Assembly (NCBI RefSeq): GCF_009914755.1
Contig: NC_060939.1
Direction: 5' to 3' (one strand)
From: the human T2T-CHM13v2.0 reference genome, Homo sapiens
DNA length: 64,000 nt
Shown here: in pieces, positions 44,088 to 59,575 of the stretch
How positions within the stretch are numbered: the first letter of the stretch is position 1
How the letters are laid out: each line of letters opens with the position of its first letter
Translations under genes and position numbers: made by a program
Notes under the pieces: model-generated
The model's input: the letters and a program-made list of their open reading frames with translations, nothing else
Database searches by the model: none
Told to the model about the DNA's origin: nothing

Positions 44088-45010
44088 TGAGTTTAAGTTC
44101 TAATAATATAGATTTCTATTTGTACTACCTTAGGCAGTGACTCATATCTCTGAGCCTCAGTGTCTTTATTTGTAAAATGATGTCTGTTCTCAAAAAGAGT
44201 TTGTTTTGAGCATCAGACTGTATGGTACATTTTAATCCTTAAAGTACAAATGTGGAGGATTTTTTTTTAAAATTGCTCAATCTCTTTTTGTACTTGTTTT
44301 CTCCTTTTCAAATTAGGATAATTACTTACTCAATGCTCATTTTCTGGCCTGTAGCAAGGATTGTAAAATAACCTAATTTGCTTTGAGCTTATGAGTAGTA
44401 TATACTTCTGAGAGGAGTCTTGTCCTTTAAAACTTCATGAGCACCTGAGAAATTCTTAACAGAGAATGGAAACCTTGGAATGGGGTAAATACAGTGGTTT
44501 GAATAACAGTATTTGCAGAAAGGAAAACGTATTATTTGCTAGGGTAGTTTTAGGAAGACTGACAGCTCTGAAGAAATCTTTAGGGTAAATGTAGGTAATT
44601 TTGCACCTAATTGCCAGGCCAAGTCACTGTTTAGAGGAAGAACCAGCCCCAGCAGGGGGCATAATCACCTGGTTCACCTCTTCCGGTGTGAAGATAAGTG
44701 ATAAGGTAAAGAATGATGCCAGTAAGTATAGTAGAAACACTCTATTGCATTTATAAATGCTAAAAATTTCCGAATGAATTAAACTCTTATTGGGTGGTTT
44801 CTTTTTTTAAAAAAATTAAATAATTGCATTATGGGAGAATATGATTTATTTTAGCATAAAGTGAATTTTAGTCTTTTATGGCTTCAGAATTATTTCAAAA
44901 TATACTTTATTGAAAATCAATATTTGGTTATTTTAATTGTTCAAAAGTAATTTGTTCTTTACATTTATTAGTAAAAGTATGGTGTGTGAAACTATATTTC
45001 CATGCAACAT

Positions 45011-45088
45011 AATAAAATCAATAAAAGGAATGGATTTTCAAGAAATCATTTCTTTACCTAATTTTTTTTAAGAGAGCATTTTAATAAA
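45011..45088 (+). terminator. Probable SAXO2 polyadenylation signals
   Basis: Cluster of AATAAA at 45011, 45020 and 45083, about 1.8 kb after the stop, at the end of an AU-rich UTR. Usage is inferred. Confidence 0.55.
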
Positions 45089-46139
45089 GTCCTGTCTAGG
45101 TTAACCTATACATAAGTAGATGTTCTTACTTTTTAAATACAAAACAATGTAATCAGAATTAAAAAGAAGGGAATACTACAGCACTCTGTCATCCCGTCCC
45201 ATATTCCAATGCTGGATATTCAAATCACTCTGTAATTTAATAGGGGTGGTCTCCTCCCTGGACAAAGGTCACCCTTAATAAGACATCTACTAGAGTTTCC
45301 AGAGGCAATTTGCCATGGGATAAGGATTGAAGATGAATAATGGCGTTTCCCCATAATCTAACACTCAGTATAACAGGTGTGAAAATAGAGATTGAAACAG
45401 AGAACAATGTAAGACATTCAGCCTAGGAGTTCAGGAAAGTCTGCCTTAGGGAGAGGATGGACAGGTGAGCTGAATCTTGGAAGATAAGTAGGAAATTGCC
45501 AGATCAAGAAAAATGGGAAGGTGGGAACAGCATAAAAATAGGTACAGAGGGACCCTCTATCTCTGTGAAAGAGTTAAAGGGACTTCCAAGCTACGTTGGT
45601 GGAAAGCTAGCAATCCCTGAGTCATTCTCCTGTTAGGCCTCCTTGAAATACTATGTGGAAACACACACAAAAAACATTTTAACAGGGCTGGAAACTAGTA
45701 ATATTACTTAGCAATCTGCCAGATTCTAGAAGGAATTTCCACTATGCTAAACTTGGATAAATCTAATGAAGAAAGGAGGAAAAATTCAGAGAGAAAAGTC
45801 AGTAGGTTTCTACCCCAGTCCCATCCCATTTCCACCCTATCTCTCTGGAAACCCTTGTTGTGTAAAATAAGACCACGGACTGAAATGAGAAATAAAGGCT
45901 TTATGATTTATAAAAACTGCACAGACAATGTAAGGAGTGAACCCTAACCTACACTATGGACTTTGAGTGATAATGTGTCCATGTAAGTTCCTCAACTATA
46001 ACAAATGTACCACTCTGGCTGGGTGTGTTGATAGTGGGGGAGGCTGTGCATGTGTGTGGGAGGAGGGGCGTATGGGAACTCTATATTTTCCACTCAGTTT
46101 TGCTGTGAACCTAAAACTGCTCTAAAAAAATAAAGTCTA

Positions 46140-46447
46140 GGCCGGGTGCAGTGGCTCACGCCTGTAATCCCAGCACTTTGGGAGGCTGAGGCGGGCGGAT
46201 CATGAGGTCAGGAGATCGAGGCCATCCTGGCCAACATGGCAAAACCCCGTCCTCTACTAAAAATACAAAAAAAATTAGCCGAGTGTGGTGGCAGGCACCT
46301 GTAGTCCCAGCTACTCGGGAGGCTGAGGCAGAATGGCATGAATCCGGGAGGCGGAGCTTGCAGTGAGCCGAGATCACACCACTGCACTCCAGGCTGGGCC
46401 ACAGAGCAAGACTCCGTCTCAAGAAAAATAAAAATAAAATAAAATAA
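46140..46447 (+). mobile_element. Alu (Y-like) in the tail of an L1MC 3' end
   Basis: GAGATCGAG and GGAGCTTGCAG diagnostics; TSD AAAATAAAGTCTA. Confidence 0.93.
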
Positions 46448-46929
46448 AGTCTATTTTGAAAGTTTTCTTAAAAGCCCTTCAAGGCAGGAGGGAGGTGTTC
46501 ACTCAGAGGCTGGGAAACCCACATCCCAGCTTCTGAATATCTCACGTTTGCAGGCTTGCCTTTATACAAAACTATAATCTAAGGCCTTCTCTGAGAATCG
46601 CTGTGTGAGAAGATCCTCATGATACTCAGGAAGCAGAGGGGAGACCTCTGAAAGTTCAACAGAGTTGAGGAAGTGAACCTTGCAATCATGAGTGAGTAAC
46701 TTCAAAAACGCTGTTTAAAAACATGCTGATAACATGCTTTTGAAAGTGTTGCGGTGTCCAGTGAAACATCAGGACTCTTTCATTTTGTTAAGGCTTTCGC
46801 TTTTTTCCCCTGTCATTCAATGCTCTTTTGCATGCAAGTGCAGATTTTCACCCTGTATCACAGACACAGGACTTTCATCAATACTATCCCTCCCCAGCCT
46901 TCTCATAAACACAGCACACAGCTTGATAG

Positions 46930-47348
<419 letters not shown>

Positions 47349-47480
47349 TAATGACTAAGAAGGAAATGTGGCTGGGAGGTGCTTACAGACAGTAAGCAAG
47401 CAATAGGAAAACCACACCAAACCACAAAAACATAGGTAAAAGTTCTAAACAGATACTTCACCAAAAAAGATACACAGATA

Positions 47481-47812
47481 GTGCATTAATTTGCTAAGAG
47501 TACTATGAAAAGTACACAAACAGGGTGGCTTAAACAATAGAAATGTATTATCTCTCAGTTCCAGAGACCACAGATCCCAAGATCAAGGTGTTGGCAGGGC
47601 TGGTTGTTCTTTGGCTTGTAGAGCTCTGCCTTTATCTTCACACAGCGTCCTCCCTGTGTGCATGCAAATTCCCCTTTTCAAATTTCCCCTTTTTATAAGG
47701 ACATCAGTCACATTGTATGAAGGCCCATGCAGATAACCTCACCTTAACTTGATCTTTTGCAACGACTCCATTTTCCAATAAGATTCTAGTCATAGACACA
47801 ATTCAACCCAGA
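47481..47812. mobile_element. MLT1-like MaLR LTR inserted in L1M
   Basis: gggtggcttaaacaatagaaatgtatt...agatcaaggtgttggcagggctgg motif. Confidence 0.65.
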
Positions 47813-48522
47813 AAAGATGGCGAAGAAGCACATGAAAAGATGCTTAACATCAAGTTATTATGGAAGTTCAAATTAAAAACTGAACTAAGATACCACTACA
47901 TACCTACTAAAAAGGCTTAAAAAAAAATACCACCACACACACAAACCTGATAATACCACTTACTAGCAAAGGTCTGGGACAACTGGAACACTCACACATT
48001 GTTCATTAGAATGCAAAACGGTATGGCTACTTTGGAAATCAGTTTGACAGTTTCTTATAAACATGCATATATCATATAACCCAGAAAACTCACCTCTAGG
48101 TGTTCATCAAAGAGAAGTAAAAATGTAGGTTTATGCAAAAATGTGTATATGAATGTTTATAGAACTTTATCTATAGTCACCCCAAACAGGAAACAACCCA
48201 GATGTCTTTCCACTGGTAAATGAGTGAACATCTATCCATATATAAAGCCAGTTCAAGGAACAAACAACATTTTGTTGTTTCAACATTTGTTGATTCACCC
48301 AACAGCATGCATAAAACTTAAATGTATTTTAGTAAGTGAAAAAAGCTAGACCCAAAAGACTACATGTTCTATGATTCAAGTTATATAAATTTCTGGAAAA
48401 GGCAAAACTATAGGGACAGAAAATAGTAAATGATTGCTAGGGGTGGGGGTAGGAGCAATTGACTACAAAGAAGCAGGACAAAAGAATTTGGGGTGGAGTG
48501 GAACTAAGATATTGGTTGTTGA

Positions 48523-48912
48523 ATGGAATACTATGCAGCCATAAAAAATGATGAGTTCATGTCCTTTGTAGGGACATGGATGAAGCTGGAAACCATCATT
48601 CTCAGCAAACTATTGCAAGGACAAAAAAACAAACAACCAAACACCGCATGTTCTCACTCACAGGTGGGAATTGAACAATGAGAACACATGGACACAGGAA
48701 GGGGAACAACACACACCGGGGCCTGTTGTGGGGTGGGGGGAGGGGGAAGGGATAGCATTAGGAGATATACCTAATGTTAAATGACGAGTTAATGGGTGCA
48801 GCACACCAACATGGCACATGTATACATATGTAACAAACCTGCACGTTGTGCACATGTACCCTAAAACTTAAAGTATAATAATAAAAAAGTAAATAAATAA
48901 AGTAACAAAAAA
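48523..48912 (+). mobile_element. 5'-truncated L1PA 3' end (young)
   Basis: Near-consensus L1PA 3' UTR with G-run and poly-A; TSD AAGA(T/A)ATTGGT(T/G)GTTGA. Confidence 0.93.
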
Positions 48913-49262
48913 AAGAAATTGGTGGTTGATACACAACTCTGTATTTGTCAAAACCATTAGAATCCACTGAGTTAATTTCACAGTATGTAAATTATAAAAA
49001 CTGTCTCCCAGGATGTGGCATTGAGAAGAAAGGAGATTACCTAAGTAACTTCGGACAAGTGTTCAGATTGGATACTATAAAGCTAAAGACAAAAATGATT
49101 GTATATAAACACTGTACTCCAGTTTGTAATTTTTTTTCTCTGACAGAGGTATGTGTTATCAATTCTAAACTATGAGTATAATAAGGTTGAACTGAAAAAA
49201 TATAGTGTAAATAATGACAGCCAGGCTTCTATCAGAGAAATAAGTTACAAATAAGAAAAAGA

Positions 49263-49717
49263 TGCAGATAGCACTATTCACAATAGCAAAGATATGGAAT
49301 CAACCCAAATGCCCATCGATGATAGACTGGATAAAGAAAATGTCATACATATATACCAAGGAATACTACACAGCCATAAAAAGGAATGAGATCATGTTCT
49401 TTTCAGGGACATGGATGGAGCTGGAAGCCATTATCCTCAGCAAACTAATGCAGGAACATAAACTAAATACTACATGTTCTTACTCATAAGTGGGAGCTGA
49501 AAGATGAAAACACATGGACACAGGGAGGGGAACAACACTTACTGGGGCCTGTCAGGGGAGCGTGGTCGGGGAGAGCATTAGGGAAAAGAGCTAACGCATG
49601 CTGGGCTTAATAATTAGGTGATGAGTCGATAGGTGCAGCAAACCACCATGGCACACGTTTACTTATGTAACAAACCTGCACATTCTGCACATGTACCCTG
49701 GAACTTAAAATAAAAAG
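49263..49717 (+). mobile_element. Older L1PA 3' end
   Basis: ALFTIAKIWNQPKCPS...WMELEAIILSKL = L1 ORF2 C-terminus plus 3' UTR. Confidence 0.88.
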
Positions 49718-49849
49718 TTGCGGATTATAATGAACCCTGTGGTGCTGAAATAGTGTCCAGGGTTTCAGTATGAATTCACAGATACACAAAAAAATAGATG
49801 TGTGTGTGTGTGCATTCACAGGTTAGTATATATGCTCTGTATATATGGG

Positions 49850-52162
49850 CAGTTTAATCGGAGATGGAAATTGTAAGAAAGAACCAAAAAGAAATGCTAT
49901 AGATTAAAAACACTGTAACAAAAATGAAGAATGCCTTTGACAGGCTTATTAGCAAACTGGATTCTGCTGAGGAAAGACATCTCTGAGCCTGAGACTATCT
50001 CATGGAAATCACCAAAACTGAAAAGGGGAAAAGAGTGAAAAAAAATACAGAGTATGCAAGAACTGTGAGACAACTGCAAAAGATGTAACATACATGTGAT
50101 GGGAATTCCAGAAGCAGAAGAGAAAGAAACAGGAGAAATATTTGAAACAATAATGACTGAGAATTTCTCTCAATGTGAGACACCAAACCACAGATCCAGG
50201 AAGCTCAGAAAACATCAAGCAGGATAAATGCCCACAGAAAAACTGCATCTAGCCACCTAAGTTACAAACTATGAAAAAAAAAAATCAAAAGATGAAGAGA
50301 AAATTCTGGAGGAACCTAGAGGGAAAAGAAAACACACCTTACCTACAGAGAAGTCAAGATAAGAATTACATCCAACTTCTCAGAAATTGTATAAGCAAGA
50401 GACTGGAGTGAAATATTTAAAGTGTTGAGAGAGGGGGAAAAAAACCCCACCACCAACCTAGAATTCTATATTCTGTGAAATTACTCTTCATAAGTGAAGG
50501 AGAAATAAACACTTTCTCATACAAAAATTGAGGGAATTAGTTGCCAGTAAACATGCCTTGAAAGAAATGTTAAAGAAAAGTTCCTTGGGAAAAAGGAAAA
50601 TGATACATGTCAGTAACTTGGATGTATATCAAGAAAGGAAGAGCACTGGAATAAGTTAATATAAAATGAAAATTTTATTCTTCTTATTCTTAATTTATCT
50701 AATAGATCAATTCAGATCAAACTGATCAATAGATCAAACATCATTTGTTCAAAATAATAATTAGCAATAATATATTTGATTATGTATATATTTTTTGTAT
50801 ATAAATGATGTGTATGTTTGTATATAAGTGAAATGAATGATAATGATACAAGGGACAGGAAGGAAGAATTAGGACAATTTTGTTATTATAAGATACTCAC
50901 ACTACCTGTGAAGCAGTAGAGTGTTATTTAAAAGTGCACTTAAACTAGTTGTAAACGTATTGCAAATCCTAGGGAAAACAGTACAAAAAGAAGTATAACT
51001 GATGGATATGCTAAGAAGGGAAAGAAAATGGAATCATGAAATGCTCAATTAAAGCCACAAAAGATGGAAACAGAGTGGAAGTCAAAAATAGAAACAAAAA
51101 CAAGGACAACAAATAGAACACAGTAACAAATATGGTAGATATTAATCTTACTATATTGATATAATAATCACTTTGAATGTCAATGGTCAATCACCAATTA
51201 AAAGAGAGAAATTGTCAGAGTGGATCAAAAACAAAACCCAACTATACACTATATGTTGCCTACAATAAACTCACTTTAAATATAAAGATACATATAGATT
51301 AAAAGTAAATAAATAGAGGAAAAACATACCATGCTAACACTAATCAAAAGAAAGCAGGAATAGCTATATGAATTTCAGACAGAGCAGCTTCAAAGCAAGG
51401 AAATTTAGCAAGGATAAAGAAGGGCATTACAGAATGACAATGGGAATCCATTCTCCAAGAAGACATAACAATCATTAATGTGTATGTGCTAACAACAGAG
51501 AATCAAACACCCTGAGGTAAAAACTGATAGAAGTGTAGGAAACATAGATGGATCCACTATCATAGCAGGAGACTTCAACACGTCTCTATCAGAAATGGAC
51601 AGATTCAGCAGGCAGAACATCAACAAGGACTTAACAAGGCCATTAATTAACTGGATATAATTGATGTCTATAGACAACTTCATCCCACAATAGCAGATTA
51701 CAATTCTTCTCAAGCTTACATGGAACATTCATCAAGATAGACCACATTCTGGGCCATAAAACACACTTTAACACATTTAAAATCATAGAAATCATACAAT
51801 GTCTGCTTTTATGCCACAGTGGAATTAAATTATAAATCAATAACAGAAAGGTAACAGGAAAATCCCAAAATATGTGGAAATTAAACAACTTTCTTTCTTT
51901 CTTTCCTTCCTTCCTTCATCCCTTCTTTCCTTCCTTCCCCTTCCCCTTCCTTCCTTCCTTCCTTCTTCCATCCTTCCTTCTCTCTCTCTCTTTCTCTCTC
52001 TCTTTCTTTCTCTCTCTTTCTTGTGGGATACAGTAAAAACAGTGCTATGGGGAAATGTAAGGCATTGAATACATATATTAGAAAAGAAGACAGATCTTAA
52101 ATCAGGATTCTAAGTTTACACCTGAAGAAAATAGAAAAGAAGGGCAAATTAAATCCAAAGTA
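49850..52162 (+). mobile_element. L1M ORF1 / ORF2-endonuclease region (degenerate)
   Basis: A-rich; EN motifs (gcaggagacttcaacac, caagatagaccacattctgggcc); ends abruptly at an Alu. Confidence 0.8.
51889..52021. repeat. (CTTT)/(CCTT)/(CT)n polypyrimidine microsatellite
   Basis: About 130 nt of almost pure C/T. Confidence 0.95.
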
Positions 52163-52528
<366 letters not shown>

Positions 52529-52963
52529 TTAGGAAATCCCCCACTGGGAGTGAACCTAGGAAGTAGTTCTTCCCTATCTCTGTTATTTTCATCTCCTTGA
52601 CCTGGGCTCCCCTCCTTATGTTTTCTGGCCTGGATTCTCAGATGAGGAAACTGAAACTCACAAATATGCAGTGACTCAGATTATACAACTATTAAACGGC
52701 CCACTTGGGCCTGCCCTGGGTCTTGTTACTTTCAAAGCCCACGCTCTTGACAGTGCATTATTTTGTCCATCCATTGTCTCCCATTTTACAAAACACATGC
52801 CTGGGCCAAGATTAAACTTCTTGTTGCCCATTCTTACTTTTGGCTTTTCCCCACTTCTCTGAGGGTTTACCACACAGTGCCCCTACCACCAAGAGGCCCT
52901 CCTTGTCTTCACTGTTGAATTAACATATGTTAAGGGACATCTCAAATGCATCCTCCTTGATGA

Positions 52964-53455
<492 letters not shown>

Positions 53456-54014
53456 TAGTAGCCAAGGGTCACATACCAAATGCCATGGACTAGGCAGGTA
53501 ACATAAATGAGCAAACGAGGTGGGTAGGGAGACAGATTTTTCCTGAAACATGGGGCTTCTTGGCCCATCTCTTGTTTTCCCACTTTTGTTAGAGACTCAG
53601 TTCTTTACTGAGTGAAAGGAAACACAAGCATGATGGGAAAGGGAGCCTACTTGCAGCCACAGTGCTGGGAATGAATAGGGAGTGGTGGGGACTGAGGACC
53701 GGGGAGCATAGGCCCTTCCTAAAGGGAACTCACTGCTCCACCCCAGCCACTTCTGCCAGGGAGCAATTTAAGCCTGACATGGATGGATGATAAGACTTTT
53801 CAAGAAAAGCTGAAAATTGAGATTTTTGTACAAGATCATGTGATTCCTAAACATTGGCAATTGACTAAAACATTTTTCAATATTTGTGTCAGCCAAAACA
53901 AACCAAAAAATCAATAACTGATCAACACAAGCAAATCTGCACGCTGTGGTTGAGGAGTTGTAGTCCCATATGTCCTTATTAGGATGTCAGAGCAAGAAGT
54001 CACCTTAAATCATC

Positions 54015-54395
54015 CAGTCCGGTGGTTTCTGAATGCCAGCCTCTGAACTGGCTAGATCAGAATCCCTGGGAAGGTCTAGAAAAACACAGAAAATACACAT
54101 TCTAGGGCCCCCAGAGCCCTGGATCTGTGGAACTAGAATCTCTGGGCTGGGTCCTGGGCATCTGCAGTTTTTCAGAGCTCTCCACGTACTGCTGATGACC
54201 AGCCAGGTTCACTCCCAGTGGGGGATTTCCTAACTTTCCTGAGGATCACAGCTCCCGGAGGTTCTTGGTAAAAACAGCTTCCTAGTCCCTAGTCCTAGTT
54301 TCCTGGAAATGCTGGTATAGTGAGTCTGGGATGGGGCCTGGGAATTTGTTTTTAAGAAACTCATCTGTGAGATCTGGAAAATCCTTGCACTAGTG
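54015..54395. mobile_element. MER5-like DNA transposon fragments
   Basis: MER5-type motifs (agaatctctgggctgggtcctgggcatctgcagtttt; gggatggggcctgggaatttg). Confidence 0.55.
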
Positions 54396-55430
54396 GCCCG
54401 TTGAGGCTCAGTGATGAGGAAGACTTGCTCAGAGCCACATAGCACGTTGCCCCAGCCCATCCAACCTCCTGACTCTCAGAGAAAGCTCTTTGAGGCCGGC
54501 ACTGCTGGGGCAGTTGTGAGCAGTGGGAGATGCTCTCAGCAGGGGCACAGCACTGACGTGTGCAGGGCACTCTACATGCAGTTTGGCAGGGGACAGACTG
54601 GAGGGCGGGTTTGGTTTCCGCAGCCTGCTGGGATGGAGCTTTGGGCTGGGCAGCAGCAGAAGGAATCCTGGTGGGATGTCAGCAGGGCACTCAGGCATTC
54701 ATGTGAGCCCGTGGAGTCTATTGTCGTGAACAGCCAGGATCCTGGGAGCTGGGTATAAACCCAATCGAGAAACTCCAGATTGCCAAGTTCCCTAACTGTG
54801 CTCTTTAGAGCCTGGGAACTGCAGAGAGGGAAAAGAGTGGGAAAAGCATGGATGCCAGGGCTCCCCCACCCCCGGCACATGAGATTTCTTTTGAGACTAG
54901 ACCTGGTGGCCAAAGAGATTTGAGAAACGTGATCTAATTCAACTCTTTCACATTAACGATGGGGAAACTGAGGCCCAGTAAGGGATGGACTGTTGAGAAT
55001 ATAAAGCAATGTTACTGAAGAGACTGAAACCATTTGGGGGACTTGAGTCCCAGTCTCAGCACTGCCACTCTCACTGTCACTGTGTGGCTCTAGGCCAATC
55101 TCTCCACCTCTCTGAGCCTCCCTTTGCTCTCTCACCTAGGAAGCAGTCTGGACACCCTACTGCAGGTGTCCTAACCTGGGGTCCACAGCCTAAGGGACCG
55201 TGAACTGAGGGGATCCATGAGCTTGAATGGGAAAATATTACATATTTACTTTTTGTAACCTCTCAATGAAATTTAGTATTTCCCTCAATTATGAATATTA
55301 TTAGCAAATCCCAACAGCACCTGTGATTTTGTTACCAATAGAACAAACCAAATATTTTTCTATCTCATTACAGTTGTTGCATGTATCTTGAAATAAGGTT
55401 TACGTTCATCACTACTTCAAAATTTCCGTA

Positions 55431-55733
55431 GTTGCTGGGCATAGTGGCTCACGCCTATAATCCCAGCACTTTTGGAGGCTGAGGTGAGTGGATCACTTGA
55501 GGCCAGGAGTTCAAGACCAGCCTTTCCAACATGGCAAAACCCCATCTCTACTAAAAATACAAAAACTTGCTGGGTGTGGTGGTACGTGCCTGTAATCCCA
55601 GCTACTTGCGAGGCTAAGGGACAAGAATTGCTTGAACCTGGGAGGCAGGGGTTGCGGTGAGCCAAGATTGAGCTACTGTACTCCAGCCTGGGTGACAGAG
55701 AGAGACTCTGTCTCAAAAAAAAAAAAAAAAAAA
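55431..55733 (+). mobile_element. Alu
   Basis: Sense Alu with a long poly-A. Confidence 0.92.
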
Positions 55734-55800
55734 ACCATAGTTGTTTAATTTGCCAGAAAATCTTGTTTAAAGTATAATTCCACACCCTACTTTTTAAATT

Positions 55801-56129
<329 letters not shown>

Positions 56130-56162
56130 TTAAATTATTTTGATAACTGTATTTCAATATAA

Positions 56163-56495
<333 letters not shown>

Positions 56496-57072
56496 CCACT
56501 CCTATGTATTTTATTTTCTGCATTTCAAAATATTGTTCTGAGAAGGAGTTTGTGGCAAAAAAGGATAAGAATCCAGGCCTTATTGGGAAATCCTAGAGGA
56601 CAGAGCAACAGAGAGGGGTTTTTAAACTGCAAGGGCCTGAGCAGAGGTCTGCCAATTTTTTCCATCCCTGGAACCTTTCTTTAAATGAATTCTTCCATGT
56701 AAAAGAAAGAAACCAGAGCCACTCTGTTGAAGTGGCAGTTAGGGGCCAGGCAGCCCCACTGGGGTGGTCTTTCTCTGTCTCCCCATTCCAGGAGGCCTGG
56801 AGACACTTGCAGAATGCTCACGCACCTGAGAGCACATTTTTAAATCCATCAGGCTAATAATAATCATAACAATCATAATTGCCATCATATTCAACCAGTG
56901 GTTCAGGCACTGCTAAATGTGGAGTAGCTCACCTGGTTTAATCCTCACAGCAGCATCAAGAGTGTAAGTGCTGTGGTTATCCACATTCTACAGAGTCATT
57001 CAACAAATACCAAAAAAGGACTAAGTTCTGGACACTTCCTCTGACACTTAAATCTTCAACAAAGAATATAAA

Positions 57073-57530
57073 GGGCCAAGTGTCGTGGCTCACACATGTA
57101 ATCCCAGCACTTTAGGAGGCTGAGGTGGGAGGATTGCTTGAGGCCAGGAGTTCAAGACCAGCCTGGGCAACATAGCAAGACTCCCATCTCCACACACACA
57201 CAAAAAAATTATCCAGGACCAGCTGCAGTGGCTCACACCTGTAATCCCAGCACTTTGGGAGGCCGAGGTAGAAGGATCACTTGAGCCCAGGAGTTTGTTT
57301 GAGACCAGCCTGGGCAACATAGTGAGACCCCATCTCTATTTTAAAAAAACTAAAAATAAAAACATATTAGCCAAGTGTGGTGGCACCCACCTGTAGTCCC
57401 AGTCCCTCCCTACTTGGGAGGCTGAGATGGGAGGATGGCTTGAGCTCAGGAGTTGGAGGCTGCAGAGACCTATGATTGCACACCTGCACTCCTGTCTGGG
57501 CGACAGACCAAGACCCTGTTTCCAAAAAAG
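57073..57530 (+). mobile_element. Alu monomer plus Alu (trimer-like arrangement)
   Basis: Left arm 57073-57210 followed by a complete J-like Alu. Confidence 0.85.
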
Positions 57531-58146
57531 CTGGGGGCAAAGAATATAAAGATTTTTGCCTTCCTAGACTACATTGGGAGGGGAGGGAGAAAACAAATAA
57601 ATAGAAAAAATAATGAAAATGCTAAGTGATATGGTATGTCAGAAGTGCTATGGGGAAAAATAAAGCAAGGAAGAGGGATACGGAGAGCCAGGGAGTTGCA
57701 ATTTTAAAATAAAGTCATTATAGGAGGCCTCATTGAGAAGGAGACATTTGAGCAAGAACTCAAAAGTGAGTGGTTTAGCCACGTGGAAAACAGAGGGAAG
57801 AGTGTTGCAGGTGTAGGGAACAGCAATGCAAAATCCTGAAGCAGCAGCATGTCTGGCCTGTGGAGGAACTGCAAGGAGGCCAGTGGGCGGAGTGGAGGGA
57901 ACTAAGAAGGTGTAGCTGGAAATGAGATTGGACAGGTCACCTTGCCTAGCGTCTCATACAGGCCAGAACTTTGTCTTTTGCTCGAGTGAGATGGGCACCA
58001 TTGCAGGATTTTGAGCAGAGAAGGACCATGATCAGGCTGGTTTTGAATGACTCTGGCTGCTATATTGAAAACATGAGGGGAGGGGCACCTGGGGTAGGCA
58101 ATAGTGGAAACAGAGAGACCTGTTAAGAAGTTACCGCAGCAATCCA

Positions 58147-58464
58147 GGCCGGGCAGCAGTGGCTCACGCCTGTAATTCCAGCACTTTGGGAGGCTGAGGC
58201 CAGCATATCCCCTGAGCTCAGGAATCTGAGACCAGCCTGGCTAACATGGTGAAATCCTGTGTCCACTAAAAATACAAAAATTAGCTGGGCGTGGTGGTGC
58301 GTGCTTCTAGTCCCAGCTACTCCTGAGGTGGGAGAATCGCTCAAACCCAGGAGGCGGAGGTTCCAGTGGGCCGAGATCGCGCCACGCACTCTAGCCTGGG
58401 CGACAGAGCGAGACTATCTCAAAACAACCAACCAAAAACCCAAAATACAAACAACAACAACAAA
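58147..58464 (+). mobile_element. Alu with TSD
   Basis: Degenerate long TSD AAG(A/G)AGTTAC(C/T)GCA(G/A)CAATCCA. Confidence 0.92.
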
Positions 58465-58667
58465 AGGAGTTACTGCAACAATCCAGATGGAGAAACTGAG
58501 GCACGGAAAGATGAAATAGCAGAGTTAGTAGATAGCCCAGCGAGGATTTGAATCCAGATACTCTGACTCCAGCAGCCCCCTCTTGGCCGCTCCCCTCTGG
58601 TCCCTGGCCACCAGCAAGGACCCCGGTCTGCCCTGGGCCTAAGGCCTTTGTGGTTCCCTCCCTGCAG

Positions 58668-59023
58668 GAAGTGTAACCGAGGGCCGGGCGGCACCGGATA
58701 TCGTGCACCAGGTTCGCGTGGACGCTGGGGGGTCCTTCCTGTCCTGTGAGCTGCGGCCCCGCGCACTGCGCAAGCGGGATGTATCTGTGCGCCGAGACGC
58801 GCCCGCCTTCTACCCGCTGCAATACCGCAGGCGCGAGCTGCGCTTCAACCTGACCGCCAATCAGCACCTGCTGGCGCCCGGCTTTGTGAGCGAGATGCCG
58901 CGGCGCGGCGCCCTGGGTCGCGCGCACATCCGGGCCCACACCCCCGCCTGCCACCTGCTTGGCGAGGTGCAGGACTCCGAGCTCGAGGGTGGCCTGGCGG
59001 CCATCAGCGCCTGCGACGGCCTG
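58668..59023 (+). pseudogene. ADAMTS7P1: ADAMTS7 duplicated copy, exon-2 equivalent (prodomain)
   Basis: 356 nt, CTGCAG/GTGAGT bounded, CpG-rich. ...VRVDAGGSFLSCELRPRALRKRDVSVRRDAPAFY...GLAAISACDGL matches the ADAMTS7 prodomain as recalled, with many substitutions. No signal-peptide exon upstream. Confidence 0.88.
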
Positions 59024-59199
59024 GTGAGTGAGCTGGGACATGTATACTTGGGGCAGTCTCGGGTGGTGGGATGTGGAGATTGGCTCTAGCCTTGCCACGC
59101 ACTTGTCTGGTGGCTTTGCCCAGTGCACTTTTTCTCTGCCAGCCTCGGTATTCACGCCTGTAAAGTGGGAGTGACAACGCAGGCCTCGTTCATCTCTAG

Positions 59200-59575
59200 G
59201 ACAACAGTTCTCAAAGTTTAATGTGAAAGCCGGGTGGTGGTGCACCTGTAGTCCCAGCTATTTGGGAGGCTGAGGCGAAAGGATCACTTGAGCCCAGGAG
59301 TTAAAGGATGTAGGACGTAGGGTGTGATCATGGCGCTTAGCTGGAGACACAGCGAGACCCCAGGCACTAAAAAAAAAAAAAAAAAAGAAAGAAAGAAAGA
59401 GAAAAGAAAAGAAAAGTTTAATATGAGCTCAAATCACCTGCAGGCCCTGTTTAAACAGAATTTTTGCAGGGTAGGTCTGGAATGGCGCCCAAACACTTGG
59501 ATTTCTGAAAACGTCTCAGGTAATATTGAAGATGCAGGTCCAGAGATCCCATTTTGAGAACCTCTGTTTGACTGG
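59200..59575. mobile_element. MER5-like element interrupted by a partial Alu (59229-59415)
   Basis: cagttctcaaagtttaatgtga...ttgagaacc termini; AAAGTTTAAT(G/A)TGA duplicated around the Alu arm. Confidence 0.65.

Noticed and set aside
58391-59245. 284-aa minus-strand ORF
   Set aside because: Antisense shadow of the GC-rich ADAMTS7-like exon; it starts and ends in Alu sequence.
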